From an uncultured Thermus sp. (GTDB lineage Bacteria; Deinococcota; Deinococci; Deinococcales; Thermaceae): a stretch of 42,640 bases of DNA. The position numbers and the translations under genes are program-made. Shown here piece by piece: positions 18,699-29,493 of the stretch (its first letter is position 1; every line of letters starts with the position of its first letter). The stretch lies in contig CAMTVD010000024.1 of assembly GCA_947085095.1 (NCBI GenBank), forward strand, positions 1 through 42,640, in the 5' to 3' direction. The notes under the pieces were generated by a model. The model searched no databases. It was not told where the DNA came from and saw nothing but the letters and a program-made list of their open reading frames with translations.

Positions 18699-20369
18699 CT
18701 AGTGCTCGCTTGCGGCTCCGCTTCCCTTGGGCACGCGGATCTCGTCCACCAGCTTCTGGATTTCCGGGGGCGGGGGCGGGGTGGCCCGGGAGACCAGGTA
18801 GGCCACGATGACGTTGAGGAGCATGCCGATGGTGCCGATCCCCTCCGCCGTGATGCCAAAGACGAAGTTGGGCCAGCCCAGGTACTTGGTGCCCACGATG
18901 TAGCTGGCGGTGAAGACCAGGCCCACGATCATTCCCGCCACCGCTCCCTGCATGTTCATCCTCCGGTCAAAGATGCCCAGGAGGATGGCGGGGAAGAAGG
19001 TGCTGGCGGCAAGCCCGAAGGCGAAGGCCACCAGCTGGGCGATGAAGGCCGGGGGGTTGATGCCGAAGGGGGCGGCCAGGATCACCACCAGGGCGATGAT
19101 CACCCGGGCGATGGTGAGCTTGGTGGCCTCCGAGGCTCTGGGATTGATCATCCGGGTATAGAGGTCGTGGGAGATGGCGCTGGCCATCACGATGAGGAGG
19201 CCCGCGGCCGTGGAGAGGGCGGCGGCCAGACCTCCTGCCGCCACCAGGCCCACGATGAAGGGGGCCAGTTTGGCCACCTCGGGGGTGGAGAGGACGATGA
19301 TGTCCCGGTCAATGGTGACCTCGTTGACCTCCTTCTTGCCGCTCATCTGCAGGATGCCGTCCCCGTTCTTGTCGTCAAACTTGAGGAGGCCCGTCTTCTC
19401 CCACTTGGCCACCCAGTCGATCTGGCGCACCTCCTCCAGGGGCTTGTTGGCCAGGGTGTTGAGGAGGTTGTACTTGGAGAAGACGGCCACGGCGGGGGCG
19501 GTGGTGTAGAGAAGGCCGATGAAGAGGAGGGCCCAGCCGGCGCTCCAGCGGGCGTCCGAGGCCCTGGGCACGGTGTAGAAGCGGATGATCACGTGGGGCA
19601 GGCCGGCGGTGCCCACCATGAGGGTGAGGGTGATGAGGAAGACGTTGAGGGCGGAGAGGTTCTGGAAGGGGGCCACGTATTCCGTGAAGCCCAGCTCCAC
19701 CTGAAGCTGGCTCAGGCGCACGGCGAAGTCGCTGAAGGTGAAGGAAAGGGGCGGAAGAGGGTTGCCCGTGAGGAGGTTGGAGAGGGCGATGCCCATGATC
19801 AGGTAGGCGGAGATGAGCACGGTGTACTGGGCCACCTGGGTCCAGGTGATCCCCTTCATGCCGCCGATCACCGCGATGAAGGCGGTGACCAAGACGGCCG
19901 CCCAGACCCCCGTGGCCACGTCCACCCCCAGGTAGCGGGAGAGGACGATGCCCACGCCCCTGAGCTGGGGAACCATGTAGACGAAGGAGACGAAAAGGGC
20001 GCTGATAATGGCCACCACCCGGGCGATGTTGGAGTAGTAGCGGTCCCCCACGAACTCGGGCACCGTGTACTTGCCGTACTTGCGCAGGTAGGGGGCGAGG
20101 AGGAGGGCTAAAAGGACGTACCCGCCGGTCCAGCCCATGAGGTAGACGGCCCCATCGTAGCCCAGGAAGGAGATGAGGCCCGCCATGGAGATGAAGCTGG
20201 CCCCCGACATCCAGTCGGCGGCGGTGGCGGCCCCGTTGGCCACTGGGGGCACGCCCCGGCCCGCCACGTAGAAGCCCGCCGTCTCCCGCACCCGGGCCCA
20301 GTAGCCGATGCCCAAGTAAAGGGCGAAGCTAAGAATCACAATGGTCCAAGTCCAGGCTTCAACGCTCAC
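18699..20369 (-). CDS. actP: Cation/acetate (monocarboxylate) symporter, SSS family
   Basis: FYVAGR, AADWMSGASF, GGMKGITWTQ, GTAGLPHV, AAALSTAAGL; acs neighbourhood. Confidence 0.88.
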   Translation of the reverse strand: MSVEAWTWTIVILSFALYLGIGYWARVRETAGFYVAGRGVPPVANGAATAADWMSGASFISMAGLISFLGYDGAVYLMGWTGGYVLLALLLAPYLRKYGKYTVPEFVGDRYYSNIARVVAIISALFVSFVYMVPQLRGVGIVLSRYLGVDVATGVWAAVLVTAFIAVIGGMKGITWTQVAQYTVLISAYLIMGIALSNLLTGNPLPPLSFTFSDFAVRLSQLQVELGFTEYVAPFQNLSALNVFLITLTLMVGTAGLPHVIIRFYTVPRASDARWSAGWALLFIGLLYTTAPAVAVFSKYNLLNTLANKPLEEVRQIDWVAKWEKTGLLKFDDKNGDGILQMSGKKEVNEVTIDRDIIVLSTPEVAKLAPFIVGLVAAGGLAAALSTAAGLLIVMASAISHDLYTRMINPRASEATKLTIARVIIALVVILAAPFGINPPAFIAQLVAFAFGLAASTFFPAILLGIFDRRMNMQGAVAGMIVGLVFTASYIVGTKYLGWPNFVFGITAEGIGTIGMLLNVIVAYLVSRATPPPPPEIQKLVDEIRVPKGSGAASEH

Positions 20370-20380
20370 GGTCTACCCCC

Positions 20381-20638
20381 TTAGTCCTCAAACCCGTAGG
20401 CCCGGTCCAAGGCTTGCATCTTGGCAGCGTAGACGAAGATCAGGATGATGAAGACCCAGATGGCCCCCTGTTGGGCGATCCAGAAGCCCAAAGGCGGCCC
20501 GCCGAAAATCCGGATGCTGTTGAGGGCTGGGGCCAGCAGGATGCCGAGCCCGTAGGCCACCACCGCCCAGACCACGAGCAGGTTCCGGATCAGGGCCAGG
20601 TTCTTCTGCCAGTACTCCGCCAGCTTTGCTCCGTCCAT
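20381..20638 (-). CDS. Small symporter-associated membrane subunit (DUF4212-like)
   Basis: YWQKNLALI...GPPLGFWIAQQG; ATG 20638 with GGAGGGAG SD. Confidence 0.85.
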   Translation of the reverse strand: MDGAKLAEYWQKNLALIRNLLVVWAVVAYGLGILLAPALNSIRIFGGPPLGFWIAQQGAIWVFIILIFVYAAKMQALDRAYGFED

Positions 20639-20714
20639 AAGCTCCCTCCCTCGCCAAACCGGAAAGGCCGTTAGGATGCGTGGGTTTGGCCTTGCTCCCG
20701 GTTTGGTGGCGGTC

Positions 20715-20743
20715 ATCTTAGAGGTCCGTGAGGAGGGTGTCAA
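20715..20743 (-). promoter_or_regulatory. sigmaA promoter of the actP operon
   Basis: TTGACA-17 nt-TAAGAT on the minus strand. Confidence 0.85.
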
Positions 20744-20829
20744 GAAACGGGGGTTTTTTCGCTATGCGCTAAAGGGGCGGTTTCCCTTAGGAGAAGCAGG
20801 ACCCCATCGGGGCTTCCCGGCGGAGTGGG

Positions 20830-22710
20830 CTACTCCTCGAGGGTGGACAGGTCCCCCGGGTCCTTCCCCAGCTCCTGGGCCTTGAGGAGCCGCCTCAAGA
20901 TTTTGCCGGAGCGGGTCTTGGGGAGTTTGTCCAGGAAGACCACTTCCCCCGGGGTGGCGATGGCCCCAAGCTCCCGGCGCACGTGCTGGACGATGCTTTC
21001 CTTGAGTTCCTCGGAAGGAGTGTGGCCCAGGCGCAGGACCACGAAGGCCTTGATGGCCTCCCCCTTGACGGGGTCGGGCACCCCGATCACCGCCGCCTCG
21101 GCCACCGCGGGATGGGAGACCAGGGCGCTTTCCACGTCGGCGGTGCCGATGCGGTGCCCGGCCACGTTTAAGACGTCATCCGCCCGCCCCAGGACGCTGA
21201 AGTACCCCTCCTCGTCCTGGCTGGCCACGTCCCCGGCCACGTAGACCCCAGGGACCTCCCGCCAGTACTGGAGGTAGCGGTCGTGGTTCCCCCAGACGGT
21301 GCGCATCATGTGGGGGAAGGGGCGCTTGAGGACGAGGAGCCCCCCCTGCCCTGGGGGCACGGGCCTCCCCCCCTCGTCCACCACCCCCGCCTCCACCCCG
21401 GGGAGGGGTACCCCCGTATACCCGGGCTTGGCGGGGAGGGTGAGGGGGGTGCCTAGGGTGGGGCCTCCCAGCTCCGTCTGCCACCAGTTGTCGGCCACGA
21501 AGCCCCGCCTGCCCCCCTCCGCCAGGTGCTCGTAGGCCCAGCGCAGGGCCTCGGGGTTCAGGGGCTCCCCGGCCACGGCGATGAGGCGCAAGGAGGAGAG
21601 GTCGTGCTTCTTGGGCCACTCGGGGCCGAACTTCATGAACATGCGCACCGCCGTGGGGGCGGTGAACATCACGTCCACCCGGTAGCGCTCCACCACCTGC
21701 CAGAAGGCCCCGGGGTCGGGGTGGTCGGGGGCCCCTTCCCGGAGGAGGCTGGTGATCCCTTCCAGGAGGGGGGCGTAGACCATGTAGGAATGCCCCACGA
21801 TCCAGCCGATGTCGCTGGTGGCGAAGAAGAGGTCGTCGTCCTTCACGTCAAAAAAGGTGCGCAGGTGGTAGGTGGTGCCCACCATGTACCCCCCGTGCAC
21901 GTGGACCACCCCCTTGGGCTTGCCGGTGGAGCCCAAGGTGTAGAGGATGAAGAGGGGGTGCTCCGCCTCCACCATCTCCGCCCGGGCCTCGGGGGGGTGG
22001 CTAAAGAGGAGCTCTTCAAAATCGTGGTGCCCCGGGGGAAGCTCCGCCTTGCCCAGGCGCTGGAACCAGACCACCTTGAGGGGGAGGTCCCGGATGGCCT
22101 CCTCGGCGATGGAGCGGAGGTCCACCACCCTGCCCCGCCTAAAGCCCACGTCCCCGGCGATGAGGAGTTTGGCCCCGGCGTCCAGGATGCGCTCCCTTAA
22201 GGCTCCCACCCCGAGGCCCGCGTAGACCACGCTGTGGATGGCTCCCAGGTAGGCGGTGGCCAGCATGGCCAGGATGCCCTCGAGGGTGAGGGGCATGTAG
22301 ATGACCACCCGGTCGCCCTTGCCCACCCCCAGGGCCCTAAGCCCCGTGGCCAGGCGGCGCACCCGGTCCAGGAGTTCCCCGTAGGTGAGCTTGGCCTCCT
22401 TCCCCTCCTCGGATAAGTAGAGGAGGGCCACCTTGTTCCTCAGGCCCCGCTCCACGTTCCGCTCCAGGGCGTTGTAGACGGCGTTGGTGGTGCCCCCAAG
22501 GAACCACCGGTGCTCGGGGAGGTCCCACTCCAGGACCTTTTCAAAGGGCTTCTCCCAGTGGAAGCGCTTGGCCCACGCTCCCCAGAAGCCCTCGGGGTCT
22601 TTGAGGCTCCTCTCGTACTCTGCCTGGAAATCCTGCAGGTTGGCCTGCTTCCTAAGGGGTTCCGGTGCCCAGAGCTTTTCCTCAACCTTGAGAATCTTTT
22701 CCACCGCCAT
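20830..22710 (-). CDS. acs: Acetyl/propionyl-CoA synthetase paralogue
   Basis: YT(L)[27 protein letters not shown]. Confidence 0.9.
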   Translation of the reverse strand: MAVEKILKVEEKLWAPEPLRKQANLQDFQAEYERSLKDPEGFWGAWAKRFHWEKPFEKVLEWDLPEHRWFLGGTTNAVYNALERNVERGLRNKVALLYLSEEGKEAKLTYGELLDRVRRLATGLRALGVGKGDRVVIYMPLTLEGILAMLATAYLGAIHSVVYAGLGVGALRERILDAGAKLLIAGDVGFRRGRVVDLRSIAEEAIRDLPLKVVWFQRLGKAELPPGHHDFEELLFSHPPEARAEMVEAEHPLFILYTLGSTGKPKGVVHVHGGYMVGTTYHLRTFFDVKDDDLFFATSDIGWIVGHSYMVYAPLLEGITSLLREGAPDHPDPGAFWQVVERYRVDVMFTAPTAVRMFMKFGPEWPKKHDLSSLRLIAVAGEPLNPEALRWAYEHLAEGGRRGFVADNWWQTELGGPTLGTPLTLPAKPGYTGVPLPGVEAGVVDEGGRPVPPGQGGLLVLKRPFPHMMRTVWGNHDRYLQYWREVPGVYVAGDVASQDEEGYFSVLGRADDVLNVAGHRIGTADVESALVSHPAVAEAAVIGVPDPVKGEAIKAFVVLRLGHTPSEELKESIVQHVRRELGAIATPGEVVFLDKLPKTRSGKILRRLLKAQELGKDPGDLSTLEE

Positions 22711-25219
22711 ACTCTTCCTCCAGTCCCGAGGTGTCTCCCGGGTCCATGCCCAACAGCTCCGCCTTGAGAAGCCGCCTCAGGATTTTGCCGCTCCGGGTAC
22801 GGGGAAGGCTTTCCGCGAAGAAGACCTGCACGGGTCCCAATGGCCCCAGGTGGCGAAGGAGGTGGGCCTTGAGCTTCTCCGCCAGGAGGGGCTTGAGCTC
22901 CTCGGGGAGGTCCTTGTTCCGGGGCACCACGAAAAGGGCGAGGATCTCCTCCTCCCCCGGTACCCCAATGGCGGCGGCCTCGGCCACCTGGGGGTGGGTG
23001 AGGAGGGCCGCCTCCACCTCGGCGGTGCCCAGCCTGGCCTCACCCAGCTTGATGATCTCCTCGGAGCGGCCCAGGATGCGGAAGTAGCCCTCCTCGTCCA
23101 TGGTGGCCAGGTCTCCCGTCCAGTAGAGCCCGCTCTGCCAGGGGTTTTCCCCGCCCAGGAGACCCACCATATGGGCGGGGCCAGCCTTGAGAAGGACCAG
23201 ATGGCCCTTCTCCCCGGGGGGGAGGACCCGGCCCCCCCCGTCCACCACCCGGGCCTCCACCCCGGGGAGGGGCACCCCCACGAAGCCCGGCTTGGCGGGG
23301 AGGGGGAGGGGGGTGGCCAGGGCCGGGGCGCCCAGCTCCGTCTGCCACCAGTTGTCCAGGGGCCAGGCCAGGTTCTCCTTGGTCCAGCGCCAGACCTCGG
23401 GGGCCAGGGCCTCGCCTACGCTCCCCACCAGCCTGAGCCCCGTGGGCCTTGCCTCCCCGTGGCGGCGGAGGGTCCTCAGGATCGTGGGGGAGGTGAGGAG
23501 AACCCCCACCCCCAGGCGGTTCAGCCGCTCGTAGAAGGCGCTGGGGCTTGGGTGGTCGGGCCGGTCCTCCATAAGGAGGCTCGTCCCCCCCAGGAGGAGG
23601 GGGGCGTAGAGGCCAAAGGAGTGGCCCACCACCCAGTAAAGGTCGGCGGTGGTGTGGAAGACCTCCCCCGGTTTGAGGTCAAAAAGGTAGCGCAGGGCCC
23701 AGGCCACCCCCACCATGTACCCCCCGTGGCCGTGGACCACTCCCTTGGGGGTTCCCGTGGAGCCCGAGGTGTAGAGGACGAAGAGGGGGTGGTCCGAGGG
23801 CAGGGGAAGGGCCTCGGCGGGCCTGCTCTCCGTGGCCTTTTCCAGAAACTCCGTGCCCCCTCGAGGGTGCCAGAGGACGGGGAGGTCCAGGCCCGAGAGG
23901 GCGGCCTCCACCGTGGCCCTGGTGGGCACGAACCGCCCCCTTCGGTAGTACCCGTCGGCGGCGATGAGGAGCCTGGCCTTGCTCTGCAAAAGGCGCTGGC
24001 GCAGGGCCTCGGGGCCTAGGCCCATGGGCAGGGCCACGTGCACCGCCCCAATGCGGGCCGAGGCCAGGAGGCTTATGGCCGCCTCCACTCCCGTGGGCAG
24101 GTAGAGGGCCACCCGGTCCCCAGGCCCCACCCCCAGGCCCCGCAAAAGCCCCGCCAGCCGGGAGGAGAGGTCCCAAAGCTCCCGGTAGGTCCACTTCTCC
24201 AGGTTCCCCTCCCCATCCAGGGTGAGGAGGGCCACCTGCTGGGCCCTTTCCGGGAGGTGGCGTTCCAGGGCGTTCAGGGCGGCGTTGGTGAGGCCTCCCT
24301 GGAACCAGGCCCGCCTTTCCGGATCGTAGACCCTCTCCCAGGGCTTGGCCCAGAGGAGCTCTCGGGCGAAGTCTCCCCAGAACCCTTCCGGGTCCTCGAG
24401 GCTCTGCCGGTAGAGGGCAGGAAAGTCCTGGAGGTGGGCCTTTTCCAAGAGGGCTCTAGGGGGCTCCACCACCTCCACCTGGAGCCCCACCTCGGGGGGA
24501 GGGGAGAGGGGAGGGGGCTCGGATGGGGGTAGGTGGGCGGAGACCCGGGCCACCTCGGAAAGGGAGCGGGCCAGGCGGCTGAAGGCGAAGGGGAAGCGCC
24601 GGGCGGGGACCACCACCCCCAGGGCCCCCAGGACCTCCCCCTGGGGGCCAAAGAGGGGTGCGGCCAAGGCGGAAAGCCCCAGGGCGTACTCCTCCATCTC
24701 CACCGCCAGACCCGAGGCCCTGACCCGGGAAAGCTCCGCCTCGAGGGCCAGGGGATCGGTGAGGGTGTAGGGGGTTTTGGGGGAGAGGGGAGGAAGGGCC
24801 AGGACCCCGTGGGCCAGGAGGACCTTGCCCAGGGCCAGGGCGTGGGCCTCGGGGGGCAGGGTCTCCCCCAAAGGGTTAGGCTGGCCCTGCCGGCCCCGGG
24901 TCTTGAGCCTCACCCCCTCCGGGGTGAGGAGGGCCAGGTAGCACCGCTCCCGGGTGCGCAGGTAAAGCTCCTCCAGGGCCTCCTCCAGGAAGCCCTGGGC
25001 CTGAGGGACGGGCTTGGTGCGGGCCAGGGTGTACCTGCCCTCCCCTTTGACGGCGAACCCCTCCTCCACCAGGCTATTGAGGAGGGCATAGGCGGTGGAG
25101 AGGCTCTTGCCCAGAATCTGGGCCACCTCCTTCACCTCCACCCCCTCGGGGTGCTCCGCCAGGTAGGCCAGGATGCGCAAAGCCGCCTGGACTGTGGAAA
25201 GGCCCCTTCGCCTTGGCAT
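22682..25219 (-). CDS. IclR-family HTH/effector domain fused to an acyl-CoA-synthetase-like domain
   Basis: N-term STVQAALRIL...KSLSTAYALLNSL (IclR HTH), HALALGKVLLA, TPYTLTD, AAPLF; C-term YTSGSTGTPKG, WWQTE, PRTRSGK, all in one frame. Confidence 0.88.
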   Translation of the reverse strand: MPRRRGLSTVQAALRILAYLAEHPEGVEVKEVAQILGKSLSTAYALLNSLVEEGFAVKGEGRYTLARTKPVPQAQGFLEEALEELYLRTRERCYLALLTPEGVRLKTRGRQGQPNPLGETLPPEAHALALGKVLLAHGVLALPPLSPKTPYTLTDPLALEAELSRVRASGLAVEMEEYALGLSALAAPLFGPQGEVLGALGVVVPARRFPFAFSRLARSLSEVARVSAHLPPSEPPPLSPPPEVGLQVEVVEPPRALLEKAHLQDFPALYRQSLEDPEGFWGDFARELLWAKPWERVYDPERRAWFQGGLTNAALNALERHLPERAQQVALLTLDGEGNLEKWTYRELWDLSSRLAGLLRGLGVGPGDRVALYLPTGVEAAISLLASARIGAVHVALPMGLGPEALRQRLLQSKARLLIAADGYYRRGRFVPTRATVEAALSGLDLPVLWHPRGGTEFLEKATESRPAEALPLPSDHPLFVLYTSGSTGTPKGVVHGHGGYMVGVAWALRYLFDLKPGEVFHTTADLYWVVGHSFGLYAPLLLGGTSLLMEDRPDHPSPSAFYERLNRLGVGVLLTSPTILRTLRRHGEARPTGLRLVGSVGEALAPEVWRWTKENLAWPLDNWWQTELGAPALATPLPLPAKPGFVGVPLPGVEARVVDGGGRVLPPGEKGHLVLLKAGPAHMVGLLGGENPWQSGLYWTGDLATMDEEGYFRILGRSEEIIKLGEARLGTAEVEAALLTHPQVAEAAAIGVPGEEEILALFVVPRNKDLPEELKPLLAEKLKAHLLRHLGPLGPVQVFFAESLPRTRSGKILRRLLKAELLGMDPGDTSGLEEEYGGGKDSQG

Positions 25220-25227
25220 CTGGTCTC

Positions 25228-25257
25228 ATCTTCCCCAGGGGCTTTTCTCCCTGTCAA
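25228..25257 (-). promoter_or_regulatory. Putative promoter of iclR-acs (near-leaderless)
   Basis: TTGACA-18-GAAGAT, with the ATG 8 nt downstream; weak -10. Confidence 0.45.
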
Positions 25258-25298
25258 GAAAGGAGGGGTTTGCGAAATGGCGAAAAAGCCCTCTTTTC

Positions 25299-25327
25299 TT
25301 GACCCGGGCCCATCCCCCTCCTATCCT
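25299..25327 (+). promoter_or_regulatory. sigmaA promoter of acs
   Basis: TTGACC-17-TATCCT, then GGAGG SD and ATG 25348. Confidence 0.8.
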
Positions 25328-25347
25328 CAAAAGGCGAAGGAGGGAAC

Positions 25348-27294
25348 ATGGACCGGATTGAGGGCGTTCTCAAGGAGGAACGGGTCTTCTACCCCAGCGA
25401 GGCCTTCCGCAAGCAGGCCCACATCGGGAGCGAGGAGGAGTACCAGAGGCTTTACGAGGAAAGCCTGAAGGACCCCGAGGGCTTCTGGGGAAGGGTGGCC
25501 TCGGAGCTCCACTGGTTTACCCCCTGGCAGAAGGTCCTGGAGGGGGACCTGCCCCACCCCAAGTGGTTCGTGGGGGGCAGGACCAACCTCTCCTATAACG
25601 CCCTGGACCGCCACGTGGGCACCTGGCGCAGGAACAAGGCGGCCATCGTCTGGGAAGGGGAGCCGGGGGAGGAGAGGGTCCTCACCTACCATGACCTGTG
25701 GCGGGAGGTGCAGAAGTTCGCCAACGTCCTCAAGCGCCTGGGGGTGAAGAAGGGGGACAGGGTGACCATCTACCTCCCCATGATCCCCGAGGCGGCCATC
25801 GCCATGCTGGCCTGCACCCGCATCGGGGCCGTCCACTCCGTGGTCTTTGGGGGGTTTTCCGCAAGCGCCCTGGCGGACCGCATCAAGGACGCCGAGGCCA
25901 AGGTCCTCATCACCGCCGACGGGGGTTACCGCCGGGGGGGGATCGTCCCCCTCAAGCAGAACGCTGACGAGGCCCTGAGGGAGGCCCCAAGCGTGGAGCA
26001 CGTGGTGGTGGTGCGCCGCACCGGGGAGGAGGTGCCCATGACCCCGGGCCGCGACCACTGGTGGCACGAGCTCATGGAGGTGGTTTCCGACCGGGCGGAC
26101 CCGGAGCCCATGGAGGCGGAAGAGCCCCTCTTCATCCTCTACACCTCGGGCTCCACCGGCAAGCCCAAGGGCGTCCTCCACACCACGGGCGGCTACATGA
26201 CCTACGTCTACCTCACCACCAAGCTGGTCTTTGACCTCAAGGACGAGGACGTCTACTGGTGCACCGCCGACGTGGGCTGGATCACCGGCCACTCCTACGT
26301 GGTCTACGGCCCCCTCCTCAACGGGGCCACCACGGTGATGTACGAGGGGGCCCCCAACTGGCCCGATCCCGACCGCCTCTGGCAGATGGTGGACAAGTAC
26401 GGGGTGACCATCTTCTACACCGCCCCCACCGCCATCCGCTCCTTCATGAAGTGGGGGGAGAACTGGCCCTTAAAGCACCGCCTGGACACCCTCCGCCTCC
26501 TCGGTACCGTGGGGGAGCCCATCAACCCCGAGGCCTGGCTCTGGTACTACCAGGTGATCGGCAAGGGCCGGTGCCCCATCGTGGACACCTGGTGGCAGAC
26601 GGAGACCGGGGGCATCATGATCACCACCCTTCCCGGGGCCCATCCCATGAAGCCCGGGCATGCGGGCAAGCCCTTCTTCGGGGTGAAGCCGGAGATCCTG
26701 GACTCCGAGCACCGCCCCGTGGAGAGCCCCGACGAGGGCGGCCACCTCTGCATCACCCGTCCCTGGCCCAGCATGCTCCGCACCGTCTGGGGGGACCCCG
26801 AGCGCTTCCTCCAGCAGTACTTCAGCCAGCACCCGGGGGTCTACTTCACCGGGGACGGGGCCAGGCGGGACCAGGACGGCTACTACCTGATCCTGGGCCG
26901 GGTGGACAATGTCTTAAACGTGGCCGGGCACCGGCTGGGCACCATGGAGATTGAGTCCGCCCTGGTCTCCCACCCCGCGGTGGCGGAGGCGGCTGTGGTG
27001 GGGCGGCCCGACCCCATCAAGGGGGAGGCCATCGTGGCCTTCGTGACCCTGAAGGAGGGGAACCCTCCCTCGGAGGCCCTGAGGGACGAGCTCAAGGCCC
27101 ACGTGGCCAAGGTCATCGGCCCCATCGCCCGGCCGGACGAGGTGCGCTTCACCGAGGCCCTGCCCAAGACCCGCTCGGGGAAGATCATGCGCCGCCTCCT
27201 CCGGCAGATCGCCGCCGGGGAGCAGGAGATCAAGGGGGACACCTCCACCCTCGAGGACCGCTCCGTGGTGGAGCGGCTGAAGCAGGGCTCCTAA
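25348..27294 (+). CDS. acs: Acetyl-CoA synthetase (AMP-forming)
   Basis: [46 protein letters not shown]. Confidence 0.95.
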   Translation: MDRIEGVLKEERVFYPSEAFRKQAHIGSEEEYQRLYEESLKDPEGFWGRVASELHWFTPWQKVLEGDLPHPKWFVGGRTNLSYNALDRHVGTWRRNKAAIVWEGEPGEERVLTYHDLWREVQKFANVLKRLGVKKGDRVTIYLPMIPEAAIAMLACTRIGAVHSVVFGGFSASALADRIKDAEAKVLITADGGYRRGGIVPLKQNADEALREAPSVEHVVVVRRTGEEVPMTPGRDHWWHELMEVVSDRADPEPMEAEEPLFILYTSGSTGKPKGVLHTTGGYMTYVYLTTKLVFDLKDEDVYWCTADVGWITGHSYVVYGPLLNGATTVMYEGAPNWPDPDRLWQMVDKYGVTIFYTAPTAIRSFMKWGENWPLKHRLDTLRLLGTVGEPINPEAWLWYYQVIGKGRCPIVDTWWQTETGGIMITTLPGAHPMKPGHAGKPFFGVKPEILDSEHRPVESPDEGGHLCITRPWPSMLRTVWGDPERFLQQYFSQHPGVYFTGDGARRDQDGYYLILGRVDNVLNVAGHRLGTMEIESALVSHPAVAEAAVVGRPDPIKGEAIVAFVTLKEGNPPSEALRDELKAHVAKVIGPIARPDEVRFTEALPKTRSGKIMRRLLRQIAAGEQEIKGDTSTLEDRSVVERLKQGS

Positions 27295-27313
27295 GCCTCA
27301 GACGTACCGGGGC

Positions 27314-27341
27314 CCCCATCCTGGCTCGGGCCAGGATGGGG
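27314..27341. terminator. Hairpin between convergent genes, likely a bidirectional terminator
   Basis: CCCCATCCTGGC-TCGG-GCCAGGATGGGG perfect 12-bp stem. Confidence 0.7.
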
Positions 27342-27346
27342 TGGTT

Positions 27347-27738
27347 CTACTGGGCCGGGCTCTTGTGGACGTGGACCACCTTCCACCCCTCGGGAAAGCG
27401 CACGGCCACCCGGCTCTCGTTCACCGCGGTGTGCCTCAGGCCCCCCTCCTCCTCCACGGTGAGGAGGAGGGTGTAGCTGAAGATGGCCGCATCCCCGTAG
27501 CGCTGCAGGCGCTTCTCCAGGAGGTCTATGCGGTAGGGACGGCCCTGGGTGGCCCATTGCCTTTCCGTCATGAAGAGATGGAAGGGGAGGCCGTCCAGGC
27601 GGTGGGGGGTCACGAACCACTCGTAGAGGGAAAGCTCCTCGTGGGTGGTGGCCCTATAGCCCTCCGGGTCCCCCTCGTAGATGCTCCTCAGGTGTTTTTC
27701 CAGAAAGGCCCAAAGCTCCGCTTCTACCTCTTCCACGC

Positions 27739-27742
<4 letters not shown>
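27347..27742 (-). CDS. NTF2/SnoaL-like fold protein
   Basis: [20 protein letters not shown] pattern; GTGA overlap with the mutase stop. Confidence 0.75.
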
Positions 27743-29283
<1,541 letters not shown>

Positions 29284-29292
29284 GCTTTAGTT

Positions 29293-29427
29293 TTACAGGA
29301 AAAAGCGCAGGAGGAGGAGGAAGGCGAAGAGCACGCCGAAGAGGAGGAGGAGAGGCGGCAAGAGGAGGCTGTACATGGCCAGCACCAGGGCCAAAAAATC
29401 CTTCCAGTCGGGCTTGGCTTCCTTCAC
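29293..29427 (-). CDS. 44-aa membrane peptide (not in the ORF track)
   Basis: MKEAKPDWKDFLALVLAMYSLLLPPLLLLFGVLFAFLLLLRFFL; TATACT -10 at 29434-29439, 6 nt before the GTG. Confidence 0.7.
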   Translation of the reverse strand: MKEAKPDWKDFLALVLAMYSLLLPPLLLLFGVLFAFLLLLRFFL

Positions 29428-29493
29428 GTCCCCAGTATAGCCCACATCGCTTTACCTCTTTCTAGCTGCATCCCCCTTTGATAGCATTAGGCC

